A stretch of 64,000 bases of DNA from Curvularia clavata (Eukaryota), in the NCBI GenBank assembly GCA_023920165.1, contig CP089274.1, forward strand, positions 1,736,001 through 1,800,000, in the 5' to 3' direction. Each line of letters begins with the position of its first letter. The stretch's first letter is position 1. Position numbers and translations under genes: made by a program. Of this stretch, positions 1-12,732 are shown in pieces. Under the pieces are notes generated by a model. That model did no database searches, was not told the origin of the DNA, and worked only from the letters and a program-made list of their open reading frames with translations.

Positions 1-1593
1 TATAGCTATCTAAAATTAAATAGAAACTCTAACTATATAAGATAGATATAGTCTATATCTTTTATCTACTACTACTATATACTTTTACTAGTCTAGCTAC
101 TTAGAATAAATAGACTATTCTTCTATAGTTTATTATAGTTTAATAAAGAGAGATAGAGAATCTAGTAATAGATATCTATAATACAATTATAAAAGTATAT
201 AGAAATCTACTAATAGTACTATAAACGCTCTCTAGCTATCTAAATAAGTATAGAAGAATTTACCAATTTTTTTTATAGATATTTATATTAATTTTAAATC
301 TATAGTCTTAGAAATTCTACTTTACTAAGTTAAATGGAAAGATTTTCTAGTACTTAAAAAGCTATATAATCTTTTTAAGAAATATAGTTCTAGATATATT
401 AATCAGTATATATAGTTTTATAGATGGTATATTATTATAGAGCTTAAATAGCTATTTTTTATAATTAGGTAGCTAGAGTAAGATATTTTCTATACTATCT
501 TTAAGTAGAGTATATCTAACTATTTCTATTTTAGTACTTATAGAAAGTATCTAAAATAGAAAAATAATATTTAAACTAACTAGAATAGAAATATTATTTA
601 AAAGAATAGGCTATAAGCTCCACTCAATAAGTTAAATATAGAGATAGATAAGTAAGCTAAGCTAAATAAAATATTTAGAAGTAGCTAAAATAATAGTAAT
701 AATAATACTAGTAAAAATAGAAATTTAAATAATAGAACTATTATCTTTTCTACTTTTTATTTACGCACTCGTGCTACTATATTTAGCTAGATTAAATCTT
801 TATTTTAAAAATAGGCTATGTAAAATAGATATATATAAATTAAGTTAACTAATAAGATAACTAAGTTTTATAAGAGTAAACGTCTATACTACTAAAAGGA
901 GAAAGAGTATATAAATATTAGTTAGAATAAAGATATAACTAGATAGATAGATAAATGATAGAATGTAGATATCTACTAAAATATTGAAAATCTATATTAC
1001 TAATAGTAGTAGTAGCTCTAAAAATATCAAGTAACTTATTTAATAGTTTTTATTTTTTTTTATATCTAATAGGTAAATAGATATCTATAAACTACTAGAG
1101 AAGACTCTAGACTATTATATAGACTATAGTCTATAGCTATTATAAGAGTAAACAAAATCTTAACTCTATAAAACTATACTTTAATATCTATAATAGCTCT
1201 ATATATACTAAGCTACTATTAGATTTAAAATTAACTATTATAACTCTACTATATATTATACTATAGAGTATTTTATAATAAAATTTTGTCTAATAATATA
1301 GATGTATAAGATAGATATATACTAACTTAGAGCTATTAGAGTCTATACTCTATAGTCTAGCTCTACTTACCTCTATATTCTAGTTAATCTAGTCTACTCT
1401 CTACCTATATCTTAGCTAGTCTAGCCTACTCTAATCTATATTATATCTAATTTAACTTTAGTCTATAATTTAGTCTGAGTAGCTCTATCTTAATCTAGAT
1501 AGCTTTTTAATATATAAATCAGGGCTAGAGTTAAGCTAGGTTAGCTTATATAAGACCTAACTCTGCCCTAACCCCAATCTAAATACCACCCTA

Positions 1594-1780
1594 ACTATTT
1601 TATATAGAGATTAGTTAGCACTTGAAATTTAGTATACTATATATAGTCTAGTTAGTATAGTAACAAATATAATTAGCTGTCAAAGTAGAGTAAAGTAAAA
1701 AAGCAAAATAAACGTTACTTTTTCGCGCTTAAATATTAAAGTATTTCCAGATTTTAGTATATAAATATATAATATATATT
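1594..1780 (+). repeat. Fragment of a Tc1 left TIR (CAGTGGGGGTTCAT family)
   Basis: Aligns to ~7285-7470, including the TTTTCGCGCTT motif; the outer terminus is missing. Confidence 0.6.
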
Positions 1781-2338
1781 AAGTTTGGCTTTAGGCTTTT
1801 GTATAATATTTTATAAGAAAAATTGAAATTATTGTTTATTTTTAAACTAGTACTTGTGATCTATCTAGCTCTATAGAGTTAAATTAATTTATTATTAATT
1901 TCTTTTCTTATAATAGCGATATTAAGTTTCCCTATCTCTATATTTTCTATTTTCTCTACTTTTTTAAATTTTATCTAGATTAACCACAGTAATATATCTA
2001 TTTAAAATGGATTAAATATATTTCAAGAATAATTACTAAAGGACTACTATTTAGATATTAGTAGATAAGTACTAATAGCTTTTTAAATATTAGCTTTATT
2101 ATGTTCTATCTATTCTATAGTTTTTAAATTAGATAGTAGTCTAATCTATTAAACTAATTTTTCGCTCAATTTAAATACTTCCTAAAGCTCTTAACTATTT
2201 AGTAAAGCTATATAATTATTATCTTTTTTGTTATATGAACATTTTCAATTCTATATTATTTTTAAAGTATTTTGGGTCATTGATACTAGTATTAAATATA
2301 AGTAAAATATCAGATCTAGATAAATAGCTAATTTTATA

Positions 2339-4645
2339 TAGCGGGGTGACACGAAAACAGATTATAAGAAAAAATAGCATTTTTTACTTAGCTATATCTT
2401 AGCTGAAAAGATAGCTAAAAATACAAAAGTTGAAGATTTATATAAAGATTTACTAGCTCTTATGGTCTATAATTTAAGAAAAAAAGTTAGTAAGTATATA
2501 CCTCTTATAAAATAATGCTAAACTGGAGAGAAAAAAAACGTCAACTTCATACCTATTTTTCGCGCTTAGATTTCATAATTTATGTAGCTATTATTATATA
2601 GATATATACAGTGGGGTGACAAAAAGAAAGAGTATAAGAAAAAATAGCTATTTTCAAATAGCTATATCTTAGCTTATAAAATAGCTAATAATAAAAAATC
2701 TAAATTTTTATATAGAGATTTACTAGATTTTGAGATCTGATATTTTAAATACTGCTTAGTAAGCATATAGAATTTATAAAAAATACTAAAGTAGAGAGAA
2801 AATAAAATGACAACTTTAAGCTATCTTTTCGCGCTTGTTTTTTAGATTATGTATATTTATCTATATATAGATAGATACTACTAGTCTATATATAATATAT
2901 ATATAGCTTTAAGCTATATTTGTCTATCTATCTAATTAGCTATATAAGATTTTAAATTTTGGCACTAGCTTATATAAGCATTAGCTTAGTTAGCTATTAG
3001 TAATTAACTAGTATATAACTATAGCTTTCTATATCTAGCAACTTAAAACTATATTTTCTATATAACAGAGCCACAACTCTTAAATTTTAAACGCTAAATT
3101 AAAGCGTTTTTGGACGCTAATATATCTATAAAAAATATAAGTAATTACTTTTAAAAAAAAAATCTATAGTCTATATATAACGCTATAGATCAAATAAAAT
3201 AAAAATGTAAAGCTATTAGTTAGCTAAAAAGAGCTAGTTTAGATAGAATTTCTAAGACGACTGCTAGAGCTATAAGAGCTCTAAATAGAGATATACTATA
3301 TAGTCTTAACCAATCAAAAAATAGATTATTAAATAAAAATAATCTAGAAATATCTAGTAGAACTCTTTAAAGCGTTTTAAAAGTAGAGGGCTAGACTATA
3401 ATAACTAGTTAAAAAAAGCTAATTTTAAATTAGAAACAAGCAAAAAATGGCTACTCTACGCTAAAAATAAGCTTGAAAAGCTTACTAATACTAACGTTAG
3501 AAGAGTTATATTTTCTATTGAGTCTAGAATCTAGCGTAGATAGAGATCTTGAGCTGAATTTTCTTATAATAGGCTAAAATACTACTAAAATTTATAAATA
3601 TATGCTATTAAAAATATACGTACGTTTAGAAAGATTTTTAATAAGCTAAAATATACTTATATATATATTATATTTTATATATATCTATCTGACTACGCTA
3701 ATCTTTAGCCTGTGATATAACTATCCAAGTTTGGGGAGCTATTTGGATAGATGGCAGATCCAATCTAGTGGTTATTAAGACGCTAAAAAGCGTAGTTAAA
3801 TATCGAAATTACTACTATATCAGAAAATGTTTAATACTGTATATGAAACTGGATGTAAAACGCGGTAAGTTTTGCTATATATTTTTACTTATATTATAAC
3901 GGTGCGTAATGTACTATTATACTATATTGGTTATGTAATCTGTAGTCACGTGGGCTAGTAGTTATAAGCCCATCTCTTTTAGTAGTTAGAGATAGTTAGA
4001 TATCTTACAGATACTAGCACTTAAAACTCCAATCTTTCTCTCCTATTCCTCCTCTCAGTTGCCTGTCCACTCACTCCCATACCAACTCTACCGCTCACTG
4101 AGTAGAAACCGTAGTCTTGACTATCTACATCTTTATAATATATTGTTATATATATATATATATTTACATATATATATATATTTCTAACTAGTATAAAATA
4201 CTTTACTAACATATAGCTATCTAGTAGAAGCTAAAGACTAGTATGTAAATATTAGATAGTAATTTACTATTATCATCTTATATATTTACTAAGATATAAT
4301 ATATATCTAGATTTTCTGATTTAGATGGATAACTATAGCTATGATAAATATATAATATATATATATACTAAATGTAAATATCTATATGTAGATAGCTATA
4401 TAAGTCATGAAATCTAAGTGCGAAAAATACGTGTAAAGTTGACGTTTTCTTTTCTTTTTAGTTTAGCATTTTTTTTATAAGAGCTATATACTGCTTTAAT
4501 TCTTTTTAGAATTGGAAACTAAAAAACCTAGTAAATCTCTATATTAATCTCAAACCTTTATACTTTTAGCTATTTTATTGGCTGAGATATAGTTTAGTAA
4601 AAAATGCTGTTTTTCTTTGTAACCTTTTTATGTATCACGCTACTG
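2339..4645 (+). mobile_element. Degenerate long-TIR Tc1 element with two tandem left TIRs (2339 and 2609)
   Basis: (t)agcggggtgacacg at 2339, cagtggggtgac at 2609, right end ...tcacgctactg|TA at 4645. Stop-riddled transposase homologous to 11083-12414, with VWGAIW still readable at ~3728; most of exon 3 is deleted. Confidence 0.85.
3892..4140. mobile_element. Putative solo LTR inserted in intron 2 of the Tc1 copy
   Basis: ~250 bp, GC-richer and absent from sister Tc1 copies. Ends tattataac...ttataata restore to TGTTAC...GTAACA. No clear TSD. Confidence 0.5.
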
Positions 4646-5739
4646 TAGTTAAAAAGCTTTCTAGCTATTAATAAAAGCTATTTAAAATATTATTAATTTT
4701 ATAGTTAAGTTTTAATCATCTAGTACTTTTTTAGTAAAATAAAGTAGTTTTTAGCTAATAAATAGCTACACGACTTTAGCTAGTTAGAAAATTATTTCTA
4801 GAAATGTTAAAAAATATAAATATCTATTCTATTATAGAAAGTAGATATAGTATTTAATATAAGAATAACTATAATTGCTTACTATCTTAATAGAGTAATA
4901 AAATATAATAATATAGGTAGATTAAAAACTTAGAAGAAATTATTAGATATATAAGAGATAGAAATTATTTGAACCTAATATTAATAGATTTATTAAACTA
5001 AACACTAAATTTATAAAAGTAAAATACTTATAAATAGCTATAATCTATTTAACTACTTTAAACTATATATTCTTATTATAACTACAATCTATTAAATATA
5101 GCTTTTACTATCTATTATTAGATATCTAATAGAGTAGTTATGATTATTCGATAACTTAATTTTATCTAAACTAGTATTAATTTTTTAAAATAAAAACTAT
5201 AAAGTCTTAGTATTAAAAATATTGATTGAATAAGATGTTGAGTTTAAAACCTTATATTCGAATCTCTACTTAGATAGTATTCTTTATCTGAACTTTTTAA
5301 TTTTTAGTAAATTAAAGGGCAGTCTGCTTCTTATTTATATAATGTACATTTTAGGCTAATTACTATAGGCGAGCTGATTATAAGAAATATAAATAGAACT
5401 CAATATATTTTAGAGTATGATATATTTAAAAACTAGAGTATTTGATCACATATTGAAAAATCTACAGTAAAATGATAAGCTTTTATAAAGTAAATTTTTG
5501 TTATATAATTATATCAATAACTTTATAACTAGAACGGCTAAAAGAAAACTACTAATATTAAACTTTATCTAATATTACTCTAGTTTCTTATAAAGTTATG
5601 AAATATATACTATATGCTAATATTATCTATTAGATATCCTTCTTTTTTCTGATTTTGTTAATAATTTATTTGATATTTATCCATAAATAAGTTTTAAAAA
5701 GAGATATAAGTCGGCTAAGTAATTCAACAATATACATTT

Positions 5740-5993
5740 CGTAAATACTATAACTACTATAGGATTCAAGCGCGAAAAGTTAGCCTTTATTTTGTTTTTT
5801 TCTTTACTTTACTCTAATAATTTACTATATTTTCTATATACTTACTAAAGTATATTTCAAATGCTAGATTAAAACTACTAACTAATCTCTATATAGAATA
5901 CTAATTTTTATATTTTTAGCTATCTTATTAGCTGAGTTATATTTAATCTAGATTACTATTTTTTGGATTACCTTTTTTTATGAACCCCTACTG
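5740..5993 (+). repeat. Orphan right TIR of Tc1 (CAGTGGGGGTTCAT family)
   Basis: Ends ...tatgaacccctactg|TA and aligns to ~9040-9287. Confidence 0.75.
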
Positions 5994-7193
5994 TAAAATT
6001 AAAAAAACTATAATATAGAGATATATAAGTATAGAGATAGTATTATAATATCTAAAATGTATGACTTGAATAAATATAATATCTCATGCTATTTGATTAA
6101 AATCATACTAGTTAGATAATAATATAAATATAGATATAAGAATAAATGTAAATAGCAATAGTAATAATAATATTCCTATAAATAGGGATAGTGATATAGA
6201 GATAGAGGATATTAAGATAGTAGATATAGGAGAGAGATTAAATAAAATACTAATATAGCGATAAAGAGACTAGATAAACTATATAATTCAGTTTAATTCA
6301 AAAATAAAACATAATTACTAAAGTGTTTCTTAAATGTTTTGTAAAAGGCTGAAGTCGGATAGATAAAATATAAATTCAGAAATTTAAGTTATATAATTTT
6401 ACTTAACTAAGTAAGAATAGTTATATTAAAATACTAAAGTTCTTACTATCTATATAACTAGACTCTCTACGTAGTATCTTACTTACTAGAAATAATCTAC
6501 TAATCAAAAGCTATTCCAGTGTAATAGTGTCTTTATATAGTTTATTAAATATCAATTTTGTTATTTTTTATAAGATATCAAATAAAGCTATTATTATTAT
6601 TTTATAACTTAGGTCTTAAGCTTTAGTCTATTATAGGATATCTCATAAGATACTTTATAAAAAATATTTTAATCGTTTAATAGAAGTTATAGTATACTCG
6701 ATCTTATAGTACTGAATTAATAAATTATTAAATCTTTTCTTTATATTAGTAATGTAAGTATCTTCTATATCTATTCTTTTAATTTCCAATATTTCTAACT
6801 TTATACTAATAGAATATAATAAAACTTCTATCTAATATTATGTTTTTCTAGACTGAAATGTGATTTTAAACTTGATCTATTTTTTAGTTTATTTCTAAAT
6901 TATGATAGTCTAGTAGATGTTATATATATTATGATATAGCTAGTTATGAATAGTTTAAATAAACTAGTTTTTTGAATTTTTTGAATTAAATTAAACTGAT
7001 ATTTATATAGTTATATAGCTTTCTAGCTATGAATAGAAATAGTATAAAATAGTAATGCTTTTTATAGTTAAATTTTAGAAATTTAGTAGTTTTTGAATAG
7101 AACAAATAGTTTTTGGCTAAAAGATATCTAAAATACTATAGCTAGTTAGAAAGCTTTTTCTAAAAAAAATTTAAAAAGTTAGTTTCTATTCTA

Positions 7194-9287
7194 CAGTGGG
7201 GGTTCATTGAAAAAAAGTACTAAAAAAAGTAGTAGTTTTAGAACGATTATAACTCGGCCAATAAGATAGCTAAAAATATAGAAGATACTATTTTGTATAG
7301 GGATTAGTCAGCAGTTTTAATCTAGTATCTTAGATCGAGCTTAGTGAGCATATATAGAATACAATAAATTGTTGAAGTAGAGTAGAAAAAAAGTATAAAA
7401 TAAAATCTACGTTTTCGCGCTTGAATATTATAGTATTTATAGTTTTTAGTGTATATATATGATATATCTATATACATATATAATATATATTTCTTATAGC
7501 TATAGTTATCTATCTAAATACATAATTATATAAGATTGTAAATTTTAGCACTAGCTTACGTAACTAGTAGCTTAGTCAGCTATTTGTCAGCTTTTAGTAT
7601 ATATAGATAACTTTCAATCCTAACTAACTTAGATCTATATTTCCCCACCATGGATCCACATTTTTCAAAATTCGAACGTCAAATCAAAGCGTTTTTAGAC
7701 GCCCAAACACCAATTAAGAATATTATAAATTATTTTAAAAAAAAACCCACGATCTATTCATAACGCTATTTATCGAATTAAAAAAAAATTAAAATCTATT
7801 AGTCAGCAAGAAAGAGCTAGTATTGGCAGAATTCCAAAGGTGTCTTCTAGGGCTGAAAGAGCTATTAATAGAGATATTACTAGAAGCCCAAAAAAGACAA
7901 ATAAAAGATTATTACAAGAAAATAATCTAAATGTTTCTTTTAGTACACTTAAAAGAGTATTAAAAGAAGAAGGCTAGGTAATAAATATTTGTTCAAAAAA
8001 ACAGATACTAAACAAAGAAAAAGGTAAAAAAAGACTAGCTTATTGTAAAAAACAGCTAACTAATCTAAGTAAAATAGATTTTACTAAGATTATATTCTCG
8101 GACGAGTCTGGAATTGAGCGTGGGCGTAGATCTAGAGCTGAATTCTCTAGAAATCGCCCAAAAAAACGACAAAATCCAAAAATGTATTCTACAAAAAATA
8201 CAAGTACGTTTAAAAATATTTCTAATAAGCCAAAATATAGTAATATATATATATAACTATATATATCTATTATCTATTATATTTTATTTATCCAGCTGAC
8301 TAAGCCGATTTTTAGCCCATAATATAACTATCCATGTTTGGGGACCTATTTGGATAGGTGGAAGATCCGATCTAGTGGTTATAAAGACACCAAATAGTGT
8401 GATTAGTCATCGAAATCACCACTATATAAGAAAATGTCTAATACCCCATATAAAGCCAAAGTTAAAAGCTGGTAAGTTATATATATTATTTTACTCGTTA
8501 TTTATATATATAAATATTTCTAACTAGCTAGATATATTTTGCTAATATATATATATTTAGGCTTGCAATTTCAACAAGATAACGCTAAAATCCATAAAGC
8601 TAGAAACGTTCTAGACTGGTTTAGGCGCCATCATATTAAGATTTTTGAACATCCAGCGTATAGTCCGGATTTAAATCCAATAGAAAACGTATGGAGCTTT
8701 CTTAAAAATCAGCTTACTAAGCTGCAAGCTAGTAGTCTTGGCACGGGTAATAACCAGCAAAGTATTGATACTTTTATTAATACTATATTAGAAGAGTGGC
8801 ATAATATACCGCAAAAAGATATAGATAACTATATTTTATCTATACCAAAACGCTATAATAGAGTAGTAGAAGCTAAGGGCTAGTACACTAAATATTAGAT
8901 AATAATTTACAGTTATTATCTAATATATATACTAAAATATAACTTCTATATATATCTAATAACTTAGATAGACAACTATAGCTATGAAAAATATATATTA
9001 TATATATATATAGTTATAATATATATATATACTAAAAATAATAAATACTAAAATATTTAAGCGCGAAAAAACAGCTTTTATTTTGCTTTTTTTCTCAACT
9101 CTACTTTAACAATTTATTGTGTTCTATATATGCTGTCTAAGCTATACCTAAAATACTAGATTAAAACAGCTAACTAATCTCTACTCAAAACGGTATCTTT
9201 TATATTTTTAACTATTTTTCTAGTTGAGTTATAGTCGTTCTAAAACAACTACTTTTTTTAGTACTTTTTTTATATGAACCCCCACTG
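7194..9287 (+). mobile_element. Full-length Tc1 (DD34E) element with long TIRs; transposase disrupted
   Basis: TA|cagtgggggttcat...atgaacccccactg|TA. ATG at 7650; FSDES, VWGPIW, QQDNA and SPDLNPIENVW motifs; two introns. One extra A in the run at ~7737-7745 and TGG->TAG stops at ~7975 and 8881. Confidence 0.92.
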
Positions 9288-10625
9288 TAATATATGAAAT
9301 AAATATATTACATAGTATGAAAATAATTAGAACTTATTACTATCTGGATAGATTAATAGAGTATAAAGATATTGTTGAATTAAAATTTTATAAAAGGTTA
9401 TTAGATATATAAGAAATAGAAAATATATAGAAAATAATATTAATAGACTTATTGAACTAAAAACTGAATTTATAAAACTAGAATACGTATAAATAGCTAC
9501 TTGGCTTTGGTCTTTTATAGAATATTTTGTAAAGTATTTGATAAATCATATTTTAATTATTAAAATAATAGTTATAACTTCTCTTGCTCTATAAAGCTAG
9601 ATTAATATATATATTATGAACTTTCGCTCTTATAGTAGTTATATTGATATTCTCTATCTCTATATTCTTTATTTCCTCTACTTTTTTTGACTTTACTTAG
9701 ATAAAATATAGTATTATATGTATTTAAAACTAATTTAAATTATTTTAATAATAATCTATAAAGGTCTACTATTTAGATATTAGTATATAAGTAGTAATAC
9801 CTTTTTAAATATTAGCCATATTACTTTCTATCTATTCTATGATTTCTAAGCTATATAGTAGTCTAAACTATCTAATTAACTTTTAGCTAATCTTATATAC
9901 TTTTAGAACATTTTAGTCATTTGCTAAAGCTATATAATTATTATCTATTTTTCTTATTTAAATATCTTACATATTATAAGATTTTTAAAAAAATTTAAAA
10001 TAATCTACAGTAGTATTAAAAGAAGTAATATATTAGATCTGGATCAGTAGCTATTTATATAAGTCTATAGCTATTATAAAAGTGAGTAGTTTGAAATAAA
10101 TAAAAATATAGATTGAAGTAATATAGATATAACTATATATAGACTGAACTATACTCTAGTCTAGACGTTTATTGGGATCAAATTAAGAGCTAGGTTAGAT
10201 CTAATAATGACCCGTATCTAGATATAAGTATTAGATATCTTCTATAGATATTTAGTGGATTTTTAATATTCTTATATACTAGATTTATAAGTATCTACTA
10301 AATCTAAAGTATCTCTATTATTCTATTTATTTCTATATATATTAAGTAATATTTTCTATTAAAACTGATTTGACTGGTCTTACTCGTGCTATTATATTAT
10401 ATTAAAAATCTGTTTTAGCTAATAATCGTTCTTAAAAAAATAATATAGCTTATATATAAAAATATATTTGAGCCTAAGCTTTTCTAGAGCTACTTTAAAT
10501 ACTTTATACTATTATATTCTATACTTATATATAAGTAGAATCTTTCTGATTTTTATCACCTAAAGTTTGTAGATTTAGACTTTCTATACTAATTATAGTT
10601 AAATTGATTTTAGACAAGTTATATA

Positions 10626-12732
10626 CAGTGGGGTGACACGAAAAAAGATCACAAGGAAAAACAGCATTTTTCACTAGGCTATATCTTAGCTAATAAAATA
10701 GCTAAAAATATAAAAGCTTGAGATTTGTATAGAGAATTACCAGCTCTTCTAGTCTATAATCTAAAAAGAAGCTTAGTAAGTATATAGCTCTTAGAAAGAA
10801 ATGCTGAACTAGAGAGAAAAAAAAACGTCAACTTTGCACGTATTTTTCGCGCTGATATTTGTTATTTTATATAGCTATCTATATATAGATATATACTATT
10901 AGTATTTATATATAATATATATAGTTTTAAGCTATAGTTGTCTATCTAGTTAAATAGCTATATGAGATTTGAAATTTTGGCACTAGCTTACATAAGCACT
11001 AGCTTAGTCAGCTATTAGTAATCAACTAGTATATAACTATAGCTTTTCATTTCTAGCAACTTAAAACTGTATTCCCCACACAATGGAGCCACAACTGTCG
11101 AATTTCGAACGCCAAATCAAAGCGTTTTTAGACGCTAATACACCTATAAAAAATATAATAAATTACTTTCAAAAAAATCCACGGTCTATATATAACGCTA
11201 TAGCTCGAATAAAACGAAAATATAAAGCTATTAGTGAGCTAAAAAGAGCTAGTTTAGGCGGAATTTCTAAGACAACTTCTAGAGCAATAAGAGCTCTAAA
11301 TAGAGATATACTACGCAGTCCAAAAAAACCAAAAAATAGATTATTAAACGAAAATAATCTAGAAATATCTAGTAGAACTCTTCAAAGAGTTTTAAAAGCA
11401 GAGGGCTGGACTATAACAACTAGTCAAAAAAAGCCAATTTTAAACGAGAAAAAAGCTAAAAAACGCCTACTCTACGCTAAAAATAAGCTTAAAAAGCTTA
11501 GTAATATTAACTTTAAAAAAGTTATATTTTCTGACGAGTCTGGAATCCAGCGTGGATATGGATCTCGAGCCGAATTTTCTCGAAATAGGCCAAAATACCA
11601 CCAAAATCCAAAAATATACTGTACTAAAAATACAAGTACGTTTAAAAATATTTCTAATAAGCCAAAATATAGTAATATATATATGTAACTATATATATAT
11701 CTTATATTTTATATATCTAGCTGACTAAGCCAATTTTTAGCCCATGATATAACTATCCAAGTTTGGGGAGCTATTTGGATAGGTGGCAGATCCAATCTAG
11801 TGGTTATTAAGACGCCAAATAGCGTAGTAGAACATCGAAATCACCACTATACTAGAAAATGTCTAATACCATATATAAAACCGAATATAAAACGCGGTAA
11901 GTTCTGCTATATATTTTTACTTATATATATATATATATCTAAATATATAAATATATATATATAAGTCTAACTATACAGTTATAGTTAGCTAATCTATATC
12001 TATTTAGGCTGGAAATTCCAACAAGATAACGCAACAATCCATAAAGCTAGAAACGTTTTAGACTGGTTTAAGCGCCATAAAATTACACTTTTCGACCATC
12101 CAGCGTATAGCCCAGATCTAAATCCAATAGAAAACGTATGGAGCTTGCTTAAAAATCGGCTTACTAAGCTGCCAAGCTCTAGTCTTGGCACTGGCGCTAG
12201 TGAGACTAGTATAAATACGTTTATTACAGCTATTCACCAAGAGTGGCATAAAATACCACAAAAAGACATAGATAGCTGTATTTTATCTATGCCCAAACGC
12301 TATAATAGAGTAGTGGAAGCTAAGGGCTGGTATACAAAATATCAGATAGTAATTTACTATTATTATCTTATATATTTACTAAAATATAAGTTATATATAT
12401 ATCTTCTAATTTAGATAAATAACTATAGCTATAAAAAATATATATTATATATATACTAATAGTATATATCTATATATAGATAGCTATATAAATTGCAAGA
12501 TCGCAGCGCGAAAAATACGTGTAAAGTTGACGTTTTTTTTTCTCACTAGTTTAGCTTTGTTTTATAAGAGCTATTTACTTACTAAACTTTTTTTTAGATT
12601 ATAGACTAGAAGAGCTGGTAATTCTCTATACAAATCTTAAGCTTTTATATTTTTAGCTATTTTATTAGCTAAGATATAGCCTAGTGAAAAATGCTATTTT
12701 TCCTTGTGATCTTTTTTCGTGTCACCCCACTG
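10626..12732 (+). mobile_element. Full-length Tc1 (DD34E) transposon, ~325 bp TIRs, TA TSD
   Basis: TA|cagtggggtgacacgaaaaaagatcacaagg...ccttgtgatcttttttcgtgtcaccccactg|TA; the flanks rejoin as continuous Gypsy leader sequence. Confidence 0.96.
11083..12414 (+). CDS. Tc1-family transposase, 3 exons (11083-11635, 11741-11896, 12008-12414), ~371 aa
   Basis: GTACGT...CTGAC...TAG and GTAAGT...GCTAAT...TAG introns join the frames with no stop. Motifs VIFSDES, VWGAI, FQQDNA-(34 aa)-E in SPDLNPIENVW, GWYTKY. Confidence 0.88.

Noticed and set aside
1555..1596. CCCTAA motifs as a telomere relic
   Set aside because: Only two isolated hexamers, not a tandem array; they fit subterminal transposon repeats better.
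4021..4212. 63-aa ORF, and similar Ile/Tyr-rich ORFs at 8114 and 17078
   Set aside because: By-products of TA-rich introns or TE relics, or shadow frames.
4740..4830. Faint resemblance of the unidentified family to a PIF1/Helitron helicase C-terminal motif
   Set aside because: Not reproduced in the other copies, and the expected HKSQG motif is absent.
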